A DNA stretch of 64,000 nucleotides from Verrucomicrobiia bacterium. Its GTDB lineage: Bacteria; Methylomirabilota; Methylomirabilia; Rokubacteriales; CSP1-6. A program made the translations under genes and the position numbers. Within the stretch, counting starts at the first letter, position 1. Every line of letters begins with the position of its first letter. The notes under the pieces were generated by a model. The model was given only the letters and a program-made list of their open reading frames with translations, searched no databases and was not told the origin of the DNA. Shown one piece after another: positions 46,707-56,620 of this stretch. Location of the stretch: contig DATJIR010000380.1 of assembly GCA_035493135.1 (NCBI GenBank), positions 4,501 through 68,500 of the forward strand. The letters are read 5' to 3'.

Positions 46707-49433
46707 ATGAGCGCCGCCCGCGGCGTCCGGAAGATCCCGGTCTACTGCTACCAGTGCGTGGCGGGGCCGGACCTGCTCAAGGTCCTCGTCGAGGACGGGG
46801 TGGCGGTCGGCGTCGAGCCGAACAGCGAGCTGGCCGACGTGCATCCGGCCTGCGGGACGGTGTGCGTCCGCGCCTACGCGCTGGTCCAGAAGCTCTACAA
46901 TCCGGCCCGCGTCCAGACTCCGATGCGCCGCACCAATCCCCGCAAGGGCCGCAACGAGGACCCCGGCTGGGAGCCGATCACCTGGGACGAGGCGCTCGGC
47001 ACGCTCGCGACGCGCCTGAACCGCCTGCGGGCCAACGGGCTCGTGGACGAGGCCGGGTATCCGCGCCTGGCCGTGACGCTCGGCTCGGGCGGCATCGCCC
47101 CGGCCTACCTCGGAACCTTCGCCGCCCTCCTGGCCGCCTGGGGCCCGGTGGACCAGGGCATCGGCAGCGGTCAGGGCGTCAAGTGCTACCACTCGGAGCA
47201 CCTGTACGGCGAGTTCTGGCACCGGGCCTTCACGGTGGCGGCGGATCTGCCGCGCAGTGAGTTCGTGCTCTCCTTCGGCTACAACGGCGACGCCTCCGGC
47301 GGCGTCACCGGGGTGTTCCGGCACGCGGAGGCGCGCGCCCGCGGCCTCGAGTGGATCCAGCTCGAGCCGCATCTCTCGGTGACCGGCGCCGGGGCCACCG
47401 AGTGGGTGCCGGTCCGCCCGAAGACGGACGCGGCGGTGCTCTTCGCGCTGCTGCACGTGATCCTGCTCGAGCACGACTGGCGGGCCGTCTGCGACATGCC
47501 CTTTCTCGAGCGCATGACCAGCTCGCCCTACCTCGTCGGTCCCGGCGGCTACTATCTCCGCGACGCCAAGACGAGGAAGCCGCTCGTCTGGGACGCGGGC
47601 AAGAATGGCCCGGTGCCCTTCGACGACGCGGACTGCCTGACCCCGGCGATGGAGGGCGAGTACGTCGTCGCCGGGATCGAGATCGGAGCCGACGGCTCGG
47701 AGAAGAGCGTGAGCGCGCGGGTGAAGCCCGCGTTCGCCCACCTCCTCGAGCACGTGAGGCCCTACACGCCGGAGTGGGCCGCGTCCGTCTCGGACGTGCC
47801 CGCGGAGACCATCCGGCGCCTGGCCCGTGACTACATCCGCCACGCGCGGGTCGGATCCACGATCGCGGTCGAGGGCGTGAAGTATCCCCACCGGCCGGTC
47901 GCGGTGCTGCTCGGCAAGACCGTGACCAACGGCTGGGGCGGCTACGAGTGCTGCTGGGCCCGGACGGTGCTGGCCGCGCTCGTGGGCGCCCTCGAGGTCC
48001 CGGGCGGCATCCTGGGCACCACCGTGAGGCTCAACCGGCCGGCCCAGAACCGCCAGGATTCGGTGCGGCCGGGCCCCGACGGCTTCATGGAGCAGCCGCT
48101 CAACCCCACCGAGAAGGGCACGTGGCAGGCGGCGCCCCACATTCGCAACGCGTATCGCACGCTCGTCCCCCTGGCCGATCACTCGCCCTGGTCCGCGGCG
48201 CTGGGACCCGCGCACCTGCCGTGGCTGTTCATGGACCGCCCGCCCGAGGCCTGGCCGGCCCCGACCGTGCCGGAGGTCTGGATCATCTACCGGACGAACC
48301 CGGCCATCTCCAACTGGGACGTCGAACGCATCGAGCACCAGCTCGAGCGCTTTCCCTTCGTGGCCGCGTTCGCCTATACCCAGGACGAGACCAACTGGTA
48401 CGCGGACCTCCTCCTGCCGGAAGCCACCGATCTCGAATCGCTGCAGCTCTACCGGATCGGCGGCACCAAGTACATCGAGCAGTACTGGCAGCACACCGGC
48501 TGGGCCCTGCGCCAGCCGGTCGTCAAGCCCCCCGTCGCCGCCCGGGATCTCACCGACATCGCCACCGAGCTGGCCGCCCGCACCGGGCTCCTCCCGGAAT
48601 ACCTGGCCGCGCTCAACCGCGGCAGCGGGACCACGGTCCCGCTCAAGGGCGACGACTACGACTATTCGTTCTCGGATGCGATCCGCCCGACCGCGGACGA
48701 GATCTGGGATCGGGTCTGCCGCGCCGCCACCTGGTCGCTGAGCCGCGGTGCGGTCGAGCGCGATCTCGAATGGTTCAAGCAACACGGCGCCTTCTTCGTC
48801 CCGTTCCGGACCAGGCAGTACTTCCTGCACGGGGCCATGGTGGCGCAGGGCCTGCGCTACGAGCTTCCCTATCAGGAGCGGATCAAGCGGGTGGGCGAGC
48901 AGCTGGCCTCGCGCCTTCACGAGCGCGGCATCACGTGGTGGGATGCGCAGCTCGACGAGTATCAGGCCCTGCCCGGGTGGCGGGACTTTCCCGCGATCTG
49001 GCAGGGGGGCGTCACGCTCCCGGGACAGCCGCCGGGCGCGTTTCCCTTCTGGCTCCTCACCAGTCGCAGCATGCAGTACTCGTGGGGCTCGAACGTCTCG
49101 CTCCCGGTGCTGGCCGACGTCGCCCGCCACGTCAAGGGGCATTTCGGCGTGATGCTCAATCGGGGGGCCGCGCGCGGGCTCGGGATCGAGGACGGCGACC
49201 TCGTCGAGATCGAATCGCGCACCGGACGGACGCGGGGGCGCGCGATCCTGCGCGAAGGCGTGCGTCCCGACGTGGCGGTGGTTCTCCAGCAGTTCGGTCA
49301 CTGGGCCACCCCGTTCGCGCGGGACCTGGGGATGCCGAACCTCAACCAGGTCGCCAGCATGGATCTCGCGCTCACCGATGCGACCGGCAGCGGCGCCGAT
49401 CTGGTGCCGGTCGCGATCCGGCCGCTGCCATGA
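46707..49433 (+). CDS. molybdopterin (bis-MGD) oxidoreductase catalytic subunit, no signal peptide
   Basis: The N-terminal Cys group is C14-x2-C17-x31-C49-x3-C53. The ~900 aa length and DMSO-reductase-family-like sequence fit (...PITWDEAL..., ...[14 protein letters not shown]..., ...[16 protein letters not shown]...GDLVEIES). There is no twin-arginine motif at the N-terminus. Confidence 0.85.
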   Translation: MSAARGVRKIPVYCYQCVAGPDLLKVLVEDGVAVGVEPNSELADVHPACGTVCVRAYALVQKLYNPARVQTPMRRTNPRKGRNEDPGWEPITWDEALGTLATRLNRLRANGLVDEAGYPRLAVTLGSGGIAPAYLGTFAALLAAWGPVDQGIGSGQGVKCYHSEHLYGEFWHRAFTVAADLPRSEFVLSFGYNGDASGGVTGVFRHAEARARGLEWIQLEPHLSVTGAGATEWVPVRPKTDAAVLFALLHVILLEHDWRAVCDMPFLERMTSSPYLVGPGGYYLRDAKTRKPLVWDAGKNGPVPFDDADCLTPAMEGEYVVAGIEIGADGSEKSVSARVKPAFAHLLEHVRPYTPEWAASVSDVPAETIRRLARDYIRHARVGSTIAVEGVKYPHRPVAVLLGKTVTNGWGGYECCWARTVLAALVGALEVPGGILGTTVRLNRPAQNRQDSVRPGPDGFMEQPLNPTEKGTWQAAPHIRNAYRTLVPLADHSPWSAALGPAHLPWLFMDRPPEAWPAPTVPEVWIIYRTNPAISNWDVERIEHQLERFPFVAAFAYTQDETNWYADLLLPEATDLESLQLYRIGGTKYIEQYWQHTGWALRQPVVKPPVAARDLTDIATELAARTGLLPEYLAALNRGSGTTVPLKGDDYDYSFSDAIRPTADEIWDRVCRAATWSLSRGAVERDLEWFKQHGAFFVPFRTRQYFLHGAMVAQGLRYELPYQERIKRVGEQLASRLHERGITWWDAQLDEYQALPGWRDFPAIWQGGVTLPGQPPGAFPFWLLTSRSMQYSWGSNVSLPVLADVARHVKGHFGVMLNRGAARGLGIEDGDLVEIESRTGRTRGRAILREGVRPDVAVVLQQFGHWATPFARDLGMPNLNQVASMDLALTDATGSGADLVPVAIRPLP

Positions 49434-50068
49434 CGCGCTGGGGAATGGCCGTCGACGTGCGGCGCTGCGTGGGCTGCCAGACCTGTACGATCGCCTGCAA
49501 GCAGGAGCACGGCCTGCCCGCCGAGACCGCGTGGCGGTTCGTCGCCGACTGCGAGGTCGGGGAGTACCCCGACGTGCGGCGCCTCTTCCTGCCGATGCAG
49601 TGCATGCACTGCGCCCAGCCTCCGTGCGTGCCGGTCTGCCCGACCGGGGCCTCGCGGCAGCGCGAGGACGGCATCGTGTGGGTGCACGACGACGCCTGCG
49701 TGGGCTGCGGCTACTGCGCCATGGCGTGTCCCTACCAGGCGCGCCATCTGGTCCACACCGGCAGCGGGTATTTCGAGACCCCGACGCCGTCGGAGGCGGC
49801 CCGCGCCCATCCGGAACGCCACGGGGTGATGACCAAGTGCACCTTCTGCAAGGAGCGGGTGGACGGAGGTGTCGGCCGCGGCCTCCGGCCCGGGGTCGAT
49901 CCGGACGCCACCCCGATGTGCGCGCTGGCCTGCATCGCGGGCGCGATCGTCTTCGGGGATCTGGACGACCCCGACAGCCGCGTGGCCCGCCTCGCGGCGG
50001 ATCCCCGCGCCCAGGTCCTCATGCCCGAGTGCGGAACGGAGCCGCGCGTGTACTACCTCGCGGACTGA
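49430..50068 (+). CDS. 4Fe-4S ferredoxin-type electron-transfer subunit (DmsB/PsrB-like)
   Basis: It has four Cys groups: [37 protein letters not shown] and CTFC...CALAC. ATGA overlap with the catalytic subunit. Confidence 0.9.
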   Translation: MTRWGMAVDVRRCVGCQTCTIACKQEHGLPAETAWRFVADCEVGEYPDVRRLFLPMQCMHCAQPPCVPVCPTGASRQREDGIVWVHDDACVGCGYCAMACPYQARHLVHTGSGYFETPTPSEAARAHPERHGVMTKCTFCKERVDGGVGRGLRPGVDPDATPMCALACIAGAIVFGDLDDPDSRVARLAADPRAQVLMPECGTEPRVYYLAD

Positions 50069-50071
50069 GCC

Positions 50072-50950
50072 ATGACGACCGCGACGACGGCGCGTTGTCG
50101 GGTGATGATTCCGGCCCAGCCGCAGGTCCTCTGGGGCTGGCCGGCGGTGGCGAACTTCGTCCTGGGCGGTCTCGGCGCCGGGTGGTACGTCGTGGCGGTG
50201 CTCGCGGCGGGCTTCGAGCGCTCGCCGGGCGTGACGGTGGCCTCGTGGGTGGCGCCGGTCCTCGTGATGGCCGGGTTCGCGGCGGTGGCGGGCGAGGCCG
50301 GTCGCCCCCGGCGGGGGCCACGCGTGCTGACGCGGCTCCGGACGTCGTGGATGTCGCGCGAGCTGCTGATCGGAATCGTCTTCGTCTCGCTGGTCGCCGC
50401 CGATCTCATCTTCCCGCTCCGCCTGCATCGAGCCCAGGCCGTGGTCGCGGCGAGCCTGCTCGCGCTCGCCCAGGGCTTCATCGTGAGGCGCGCGCGGGGG
50501 GTGACCGCGTGGGACGTCCCCATCGTGCCGGTGCTGTTCGTGCTCTCGGCCCTGCTCTCGGGTGGCGGCGCCTACCTGCTGGTGGAGACGGGCACGGGGC
50601 GTCCGCTCACCCCCACGACGGTCGGCGTGGGGGTGGCGCTGGTGGCGGCGGCGTTCGTCGCGTGGGGCCGCTACCTCGTGTGGACGTCCGAGGACTCGTT
50701 CGTTCGGGCCGTCGCCCCGCTCCGCGCGACCGGCTCGGCGCTCGTCATCGACGGGGCGGGCTACGGGCTGCCCGTGCTGCTCGGTCTGCTGGCGCTGGCC
50801 ACGCCCGCCACCGCGGGGCCGGTGCTCGCGCTCGCGGGCGCGCTGCTCATCATCGGCCAGGCCTGGGCCAAGGCCCGCCTGATCCGGGTGGCCGGCCAGC
50901 TCCGCCCGATCACCCTCACCATCGCCCTCGCGAAGAGGAGGTCGTCATGA
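50072..50950 (+). CDS. integral membrane anchor subunit (NrfD/PsrC/DmsC-like, ~8 TM)
   Basis: [20 protein letters not shown] resembles the W-x-W...GG..G start of NrfD-type anchors. The rest is hydrophobic throughout. Confidence 0.75.
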   Translation: MTTATTARCRVMIPAQPQVLWGWPAVANFVLGGLGAGWYVVAVLAAGFERSPGVTVASWVAPVLVMAGFAAVAGEAGRPRRGPRVLTRLRTSWMSRELLIGIVFVSLVAADLIFPLRLHRAQAVVAASLLALAQGFIVRRARGVTAWDVPIVPVLFVLSALLSGGGAYLLVETGTGRPLTPTTVGVGVALVAAAFVAWGRYLVWTSEDSFVRAVAPLRATGSALVIDGAGYGLPVLLGLLALATPATAGPVLALAGALLIIGQAWAKARLIRVAGQLRPITLTIALAKRRSS

Positions 50951-51771
50951 TCCACGGCGCCGGCGTCGACGTGGGGTCCACCCAGACCAAGGCGGTGATC
51001 GTCGACGAGAGCCGGCGCATCGTGGCGCGGGCGCTGATCGCCACCGGCGCCAACGTGTCGCGCGCGGCGGAGAACGCCTTCCTCGAGGCCTGCCGGGCCG
51101 CGGGGCTCGCACGGGAGACGGTGGGCTACGTCGTGGGCACCGGCTACGGCCGCTACAAGGTCACCTTCGGCGACGCCCAGATCACGGAGATCACGTGCCA
51201 CGCGCGGGGCGCCCACTCGCTGTTCCCGGCGACGCGGACCGTCATCGACATGGGCGGCCAGGACACCAAGGCGATCAAGGTGGGCGCCGACGGCTCCGTC
51301 ATCGACTTCTCGATGAACGACAAGTGCGCGGCCGGTACGGGGCGCTTCCTGTCCGCCGCGGCCGACGTCACCGGCGTCGGGCTCGACGAGATCGGGCCGC
51401 TGGCGCTCCGGGCGACGACCCCCGTCCGGCTCACCTCGGTCTGCACGGTGTTCGTGGAGTCCGACATCATGTCGTACCTGGCCCAGCGCAAGACCATCGA
51501 GGACATCCTGGGCGGCGTCCACAAGGCGATCGCGACCCGGACCATGTCGCTGGTCCGTCGGGTCGGCGTCGAGGACGAGATCACGTTCACCGGCGGGGTG
51601 TCGCGGAACACCGGCATGGTGCGGGCCCTCGAGGAGGTGCTGGGCAAGCCGATCAACGTCAGCGAGGAGGGCCACTACATGGGGGCCCTGGGGGCCGCGC
51701 TGTTCGCGCTGGAGCGCGCGCGGGCCGGGGCTCGCGGCGAGACGGTGGCGTCCGGGGCGGCGAGGAGCTAG
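50947..51771 (+). CDS. BcrA/BcrD/BadF/HgdC-family ATPase subunit (acetate/sugar-kinase fold, FeS-bridging)
   Basis: [12 protein letters not shown] is the ATP motif. [10 protein letters not shown] is present. The cluster Cys motifs are [12 protein letters not shown] and [15 protein letters not shown] overlap with the membrane subunit. Confidence 0.9.
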   Translation: MIHGAGVDVGSTQTKAVIVDESRRIVARALIATGANVSRAAENAFLEACRAAGLARETVGYVVGTGYGRYKVTFGDAQITEITCHARGAHSLFPATRTVIDMGGQDTKAIKVGADGSVIDFSMNDKCAAGTGRFLSAAADVTGVGLDEIGPLALRATTPVRLTSVCTVFVESDIMSYLAQRKTIEDILGGVHKAIATRTMSLVRRVGVEDEITFTGGVSRNTGMVRALEEVLGKPINVSEEGHYMGALGAALFALERARAGARGETVASGAARS

Positions 51772-51773
51772 CC

Positions 51774-52574
51774 ATGGTGATCGCGGGCATCGACATCGGG
51801 TCGGGCACGACCAAGTGCGTGCTGGTGGACGAGGCGGGTGCGGTGCGCGGGCGCGGCCAGGTGCGGACCAAGGCCGACTTCGAGAAGGTGACGCGGGAGG
51901 CGATCGCGGCGGCCCTCGAGGCCGCGGGCCACCTCGGGGATGCGATCGCCTACACCGCCACCACGGGTCTCGGGCGCTACGCGGTGGCCTTCCGGGATGT
52001 CCAGATCACCGATCTCACCTGCGGGGCGCGCGGCGCGGCGACGGTCTGCCCGGAGGCGCGCTTCGTGCTCGACATCGGCGCCCAGTGCTCGCGCGCCATT
52101 CGCCTGCGCGAGGGGGGCAAGGTCCGGGAGTTCCACATGAACGAGAAGTGCGCGGCGGGCTCGGGGGGCTTTCTCGAGCGGGCCGCCAAGTATCTCGAGG
52201 TCTCGATCGCCGACGTGGGGGCGCTGTCGCTCCACGCCGAGCGCCCGCAGGCCATCTCGAGCGTGTGCGCGGTGCTGGCCGAGACCGAGATCATCAACCA
52301 CGTCTCCGAGGGGGTCACGGTCGACAACATCCTGCGGGGGATCCACAACTCGCTGGCCGATCGCGCGCTGTCGCTGCTCAAGCGGGTGGGCCTGGACGGT
52401 CCCGTCGCCTTCATCGGCGGCGTGGCCCGGCAGGAGGGCATGGTGGTGGCGCTCCGGGACAAGCTCGGGGTGCCCGTGCACGTGCCGGAGGGCCCGCAGT
52501 TCGCGGCGGCACTCGGCGCCGCGCTCCTCGGCCGCCAGCGGTTCCTCAAGACGGGCCGGGCCGCCGCGGCCTGA
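51774..52574 (+). CDS. second, distinct BcrA/BcrD/HgdC-family ATPase subunit
   Basis: GIDIGSGTTKCV, DIGAQCSRAI, NEKCAAGSGGFL and SSVCAVLAETE are present. It has diverged clearly from the preceding paralogue. Confidence 0.9.
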   Translation: MVIAGIDIGSGTTKCVLVDEAGAVRGRGQVRTKADFEKVTREAIAAALEAAGHLGDAIAYTATTGLGRYAVAFRDVQITDLTCGARGAATVCPEARFVLDIGAQCSRAIRLREGGKVREFHMNEKCAAGSGGFLERAAKYLEVSIADVGALSLHAERPQAISSVCAVLAETEIINHVSEGVTVDNILRGIHNSLADRALSLLKRVGLDGPVAFIGGVARQEGMVVALRDKLGVPVHVPEGPQFAAALGAALLGRQRFLKTGRAAAA

Positions 52575-52585
52575 GGGAGACCGCC

Positions 52586-53038
52586 ATGAGCCGGAGCGGC
52601 ATCAACGTGCGCCCGATCGAGCCGTCGGATCTGGATGCCATCGTGCAGATCGACGAGAAGCTGTCCGGCCAGATCCGGAAGGACTACTGGCAGCGACGGC
52701 TCGACATCGCCGTCCTCCGTCCGCCCTGGATGTCGCTGATCGCCGAGACCGACGGCCGACCGGTGGGCTTTCTCTTCGGCTGGGTGGGCGAGTCCGAGTT
52801 CGGCATCGCCCGGCCCACCGGATGGGTCGACCTGATCGGGGTGGCCCCGCCCTATCGCGGCCGCGGCGTCGCCCAGGCCCTCCTCCGCCGTTTCGTGGAC
52901 AGCGGCCGTGAGCTGCGCGCGATCGAGCGGGTGGCGACCCTGATCGACCTCGGGCAGGCCGACGTGCGGGAGTTCTTCACCCGGGTGGGGTTTCACCACG
53001 GCCCGATGATCCACATGGAGCAATCGATCGGACCCTGA
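52586..53038 (+). CDS. GNAT family N-acetyltransferase
   Basis: ...VDLIGVAPPYRGRGVAQALL... is the acetyl-CoA-binding R/Q-x-x-G-x-G/A motif. Confidence 0.8.
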   Translation: MSRSGINVRPIEPSDLDAIVQIDEKLSGQIRKDYWQRRLDIAVLRPPWMSLIAETDGRPVGFLFGWVGESEFGIARPTGWVDLIGVAPPYRGRGVAQALLRRFVDSGRELRAIERVATLIDLGQADVREFFTRVGFHHGPMIHMEQSIGP

Positions 53039-53082
53039 TCGCGCGGAGGAGCGGGGTACGGCAGAAGAAAGGAGGCGTGCGC

Positions 53083-53625
53083 ATGGAACGTGAAGCCACG
53101 ACGAGCCCGACCCAGACGCTGCGGGAGGAGCATCGGGTGATCCTGCGCGCCCTCGCGCTGATCGAGGTGGCCGCGAGCCGGCTGAGCACCGGGCTCCCGC
53201 TGCCGGGCGGCTGGTGGGAGGAGGCGCTCGGCTGGCTGCGGGCCTTCGCCGATCGCAACCACCACGCCAAGGAAGAGGAGTATCTGTTCCCGGCGCTGGG
53301 CCGCGCCGGCGTCCCGGCCGCGGGCGGGCCGGTGGGGGTGATGCTCGACGAGCACGCCGAGGGCCGCGCGCTGATCCAGGCGATGGCCGCGAGCGACCCG
53401 GATCGGCGCGGGGAGGCCGCGCGGCGCTACGTCCACCTGCTGCGCGACCACATCGACAAGGAGAACGAGGTGCTGCTGCCGCTGAGCGACGGGGTCCTCG
53501 ATTCGCAGGCCCAGCTGGTCGTCGCCCGGGGATTCGAGCGGGTCGAGGCCGAGCAAGGGCCCGCGGCCTCCATCGAGCGCGCGGAGGCGGTGGTGGATCG
53601 TCTCGCCGCCGCGCTCGGCGGCTGA
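53083..53625 (+). CDS. hemerythrin (HHE cation-binding) domain protein
   Basis: LREEHRVI..., FADRNHHAKEEEYLFP..., MLDEHAEG... and LLRDHIDKENEVLLP are His/Glu ligand motifs. AAAGGAGG lies 7 nt upstream of ATG 53083. Confidence 0.8.
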   Translation: MEREATTSPTQTLREEHRVILRALALIEVAASRLSTGLPLPGGWWEEALGWLRAFADRNHHAKEEEYLFPALGRAGVPAAGGPVGVMLDEHAEGRALIQAMAASDPDRRGEAARRYVHLLRDHIDKENEVLLPLSDGVLDSQAQLVVARGFERVEAEQGPAASIERAEAVVDRLAAALGG

Positions 53626-53626
53626 C

Positions 53627-54469
53627 GTGCGGAGGACCGGATCTGCCGCCGGTCGCGGGGCTCACGATGGCACGCGACGCCGCGGAGCCGCCCGCCCGCG
53701 GCCCGACGCCGCGCGGTCGGCCTTCTGGACCGATCGGACGGCGGGCTGGTACCGGCGGGCGGCCGAGCGCGGCGACTACGCCGCGCGCGTGCTCGACGCC
53801 ATCGGCCCGCGGCTCGATGCCTGCGAGACCGCGCTCGATGTGGGGGCCGGCTGCGGAGCGCTGGCCGTGCCGCTCGCCCGCCGGCTGCGCGCGGTGACCG
53901 CGCTCGAACCGTCGCCCGCCATGGCCGGCGGGCTCAGGGACTGGGCCGCCGAGGCCGGGCTCGGCAACGTGACGGTGGTGGAAGCGGCGTGGGGCGAGGC
54001 GGAGGTGCGACCCCACGACCTCGTGCTCTGCGCGCACGTGGGAGGTCTGCTCCGGCCTGACTCCGCCTTTCTCCACGAGGTCGGCCGGATCGCGCGGCGG
54101 CTCGTGGTCCTGGCCCGCGACCTCACGTCGACGAGGGGCGGGGAGGACAAGTTCTTCTTTCGCGAGCTGTACCCGATCCTGCTGGGCCGCCCGTACCCGC
54201 GCCGCCGCGGGGCCGACGACCTCGTCACCGCGCTGCGGGCGCGGGGCATCCGCCCCCGCGTGACCGAGATCGTCTACCGCTCGGACCAGCCCTTCGCCGA
54301 CCTGGAGGAGGCGTGCGACTTCTGGATGACGTATCTCGGGCTCTCGGATCCGGGAGCCCGGGCCTATCTGGCCGCGTTTCTACGGGAGCGACTCGTGCGC
54401 CGTGACGGAGAGTGGGTCGCGCCGTTCCGGAAGACGGCGGCGGTGATCACCTGGGGAGAGGAGCCATGA
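53627..54469 (+). CDS. class I SAM-dependent methyltransferase (start uncertain)
   Basis: ALDVGAGCGALAVPLA is motif I and ...VTALEPS... is motif II. The first ~20 codons after GTG 53627 are R/G-rich with weaker codon bias. Confidence 0.7.
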   Translation: MRRTGSAAGRGAHDGTRRRGAARPRPDAARSAFWTDRTAGWYRRAAERGDYAARVLDAIGPRLDACETALDVGAGCGALAVPLARRLRAVTALEPSPAMAGGLRDWAAEAGLGNVTVVEAAWGEAEVRPHDLVLCAHVGGLLRPDSAFLHEVGRIARRLVVLARDLTSTRGGEDKFFFRELYPILLGRPYPRRRGADDLVTALRARGIRPRVTEIVYRSDQPFADLEEACDFWMTYLGLSDPGARAYLAAFLRERLVRRDGEWVAPFRKTAAVITWGEEP

Positions 54470-55056
54470 CGCTCGCGCTGTCGATCATCCGCGAAGAGCA
54501 CCGGTCGCTGTCGGCGGTCATCCGGAGCCTGGATCTGCTGGCCCGGGAGGCCCGCGACCGCGGCCACGAGCCCGACTACGAGCTCTTCACCGTCATGCTG
54601 GACTACGTCGAGGGCTTCTCGGACCGCTTCCATCACCCGAAGGAGGACGAGCACCTCTTCTCGGCGCTCCGTCGTCGCGCCCCCGAGGCCAACCACGCGC
54701 TCGACGTCCTGGAGGGCGATCACGCGCGAGGTGAGGAGCTGATCCGGGACCTGCGCTACCTGCTCTCACGGTGCCGGGTGGGCGGAGCGGCGGCCGTCGA
54801 CGTCTTTGCCGCCGCGGTCGGCGAGTACGTCGACTTTTACTGGCGGCACATGCGCCTGGAAGAGGATGTCGTCATGCCGCTGGCCGAGCGGAAGCTCACC
54901 CCGGCGGACTGGCAGCCGATCGACGCCGCCTTTCAGGCGAACGACGACCCGCTCTTCGGGGCCCGACCGCGGGAGGAGTTCAAGCGGCTGTTCGGTCTCA
55001 TCCTCAACCGGGCCCCGGCGCCGGTCGGCGTCGGCCCGGAGCGCAAGACGCCGTGA
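54466..55056 (+). CDS. hemerythrin domain protein
   Basis: IIREEHRSL..., FSDRFHHPKEDEHLF..., LEGDHARGEE and YWRHMRLEEDVVMP. ATGA overlap with the methyltransferase. Confidence 0.8.
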   Translation: MTLALSIIREEHRSLSAVIRSLDLLAREARDRGHEPDYELFTVMLDYVEGFSDRFHHPKEDEHLFSALRRRAPEANHALDVLEGDHARGEELIRDLRYLLSRCRVGGAAAVDVFAAAVGEYVDFYWRHMRLEEDVVMPLAERKLTPADWQPIDAAFQANDDPLFGARPREEFKRLFGLILNRAPAPVGVGPERKTP

Positions 55057-56159
55057 AGCGCCGCGACCTGCTCCTGGCGATGGTGGCCGGAATCGGGGGA
55101 TCCCTCCGGGCCGCGCGGCCCGCGGCCGGCGGCGGCGGCACGCGCGTGCCGGTGACGAAGGAGATGCTCGGCGCGGGCGCGGTGCGGAGCGGCGTCGCGC
55201 TCCCCGCGATCCCGCCCGTGATCGGCTCCCGACGCGCTCCGGCGCCCTCGTGGGGCAAGCCCCTGCCGTATCCGATCGTCATCGCCGACCGGCGCAACAA
55301 CCGGTTGATCGAGGTCACGCCGGACCGGCGCATCGTGTGGGAGTTCCCGTCGCCCGATCTCGGAATCTACCGCGGAAACGAGGACGTGAACTTCTCGCCC
55401 GACGGGCACCTGCTCGCGGTGAGCGAGGAGGACAACTACGACGTCCACATCGTGGACTACGACAAGCGGGCGCTCGCCTGGACGTACGGAGCGCCCGACG
55501 TCAGGGGCCGCGGATCGGGCCTGTTCAATTACCCGGACGACGCTCACCTGCTCGAGGACGGCACGTTCATCACCGCCGACATCCGCAATTGCCGCGTGCT
55601 CATCATCGACCCGCGCACGAACCGGATCGTGACCGAGTGGGGGACCCCCGGCCAGTGCCGCCACGTACCGCCGCGCCATCTCGCCCACCCGAATGGGGTG
55701 ACGCCGCTGGACAACGGCGACATCCTGGTGACCGAGATCCAGGGGTCCTGGATCTCGCGCATCACCCGCGCGGGGGAGGTCGTCTGGAGCGTCCCGGCGC
55801 CGCGCGTTCGCTACCCCTCGGACGCGTTCCCGACCACGGATGGGCAGGTGATCGTGGCCGACTTCTCCAAGCCGGGCCGGGTCGTCATCTTCGACCCTCT
55901 CCGCCGACGGGTCACCTGGGAGTACGAGGCGCAGGCGGGGGAGAAGATGCTCGACCACCCCTCACTCGCGCGGGAGCTGCCGGGGACGGGGGACGTCATC
56001 GTGGCGGACGATCTGCGTGAGCGTGTCGTCGTGATCGACCGGCAAACGAAGGAATTCATCTGGCAGTACGGGGTCACCGACACCAAGGGCTACGCGCCCG
56101 GCTATCTGAACTACCCGGACGGATTCGACCTCGACGTGTTCCGCGACTGGAGGACCTGA
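55053..56159 (+). CDS. Tat-signal beta-propeller repeat protein (family not recognised; ASST/NHL-like repeats)
   Basis: VKRRDLLLAMVAGIGGSL is a twin-arginine leader. Repeated ...NRLIEVTPDRRIVWEF... and ...RVVVIDRQTKEFIWQY... blades follow. GTGA overlap. Confidence 0.7.
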   Translation: MKRRDLLLAMVAGIGGSLRAARPAAGGGGTRVPVTKEMLGAGAVRSGVALPAIPPVIGSRRAPAPSWGKPLPYPIVIADRRNNRLIEVTPDRRIVWEFPSPDLGIYRGNEDVNFSPDGHLLAVSEEDNYDVHIVDYDKRALAWTYGAPDVRGRGSGLFNYPDDAHLLEDGTFITADIRNCRVLIIDPRTNRIVTEWGTPGQCRHVPPRHLAHPNGVTPLDNGDILVTEIQGSWISRITRAGEVVWSVPAPRVRYPSDAFPTTDGQVIVADFSKPGRVVIFDPLRRRVTWEYEAQAGEKMLDHPSLARELPGTGDVIVADDLRERVVVIDRQTKEFIWQYGVTDTKGYAPGYLNYPDGFDLDVFRDWRT

Positions 56160-56161
56160 CC

Positions 56162-56620
56162 ATGGACCGAGAGACGCGCTCCACCATGAAGCCGCTACCC
56201 CATCGCTACGAGGTCAAGCTCACCGGCGGTCCGGTCGGCCACGCCACGATCTCCGCCGCGGACGTGCCCGACCTCCGGTCGGCCCCGCCCCTGGAGTTCG
56301 GCGGGCCGGGGGACGCCTGGAGCCCCGAGCATCTGCTGATGGCCGCGGTGCAGACCTGCTTCCTGTTCACCTTCCGCGCGGTCGCCCGGGCCTCCCGGCT
56401 CGAGTTCACCTCGCTCACGCTGTCGGGCGAGGGGACGGTGGACCGCGCCGACGGCGTCACCCGGTTCACCGAGATCGTGCTCCGGCCGCGGGTCGCCCTC
56501 GCACCGGGGGCGGACCGAGCCCGGGCGCTCCGGGCTCTCGAGAAGAGCGAGAAGGCCTGCCTGGTCTCCGCCTCCCTCTCGACGCCGGTGCGACTGGAAC
56601 CCGAGATCGTGGGGGCGTGA
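56162..56620 (+). CDS. OsmC/Ohr family peroxiredoxin-like protein
   Basis: ...SPEHLLMAAVQTCFLFTF... and ...EKSEKACLVSASL carry the two conserved Cys of the OsmC family. Confidence 0.85.
   Translation: MDRETRSTMKPLPHRYEVKLTGGPVGHATISAADVPDLRSAPPLEFGGPGDAWSPEHLLMAAVQTCFLFTFRAVARASRLEFTSLTLSGEGTVDRADGVTRFTEIVLRPRVALAPGADRARALRALEKSEKACLVSASLSTPVRLEPEIVGA

Noticed and set aside
46641-49301. An 886-aa antisense ORF across the Mo-oxidoreductase gene
   Set aside because: It has shadow-ORF composition, while the sense frame has the molybdopterin-enzyme hallmarks.
53627-53720. A possible frameshift or pseudogene at the 5' end of the methyltransferase (ATG 53667 is in a different frame)
   Set aside because: Both frames are GC3-rich here and neither has a good SD. 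The evidence is too weak, so I recorded only an uncertain start.
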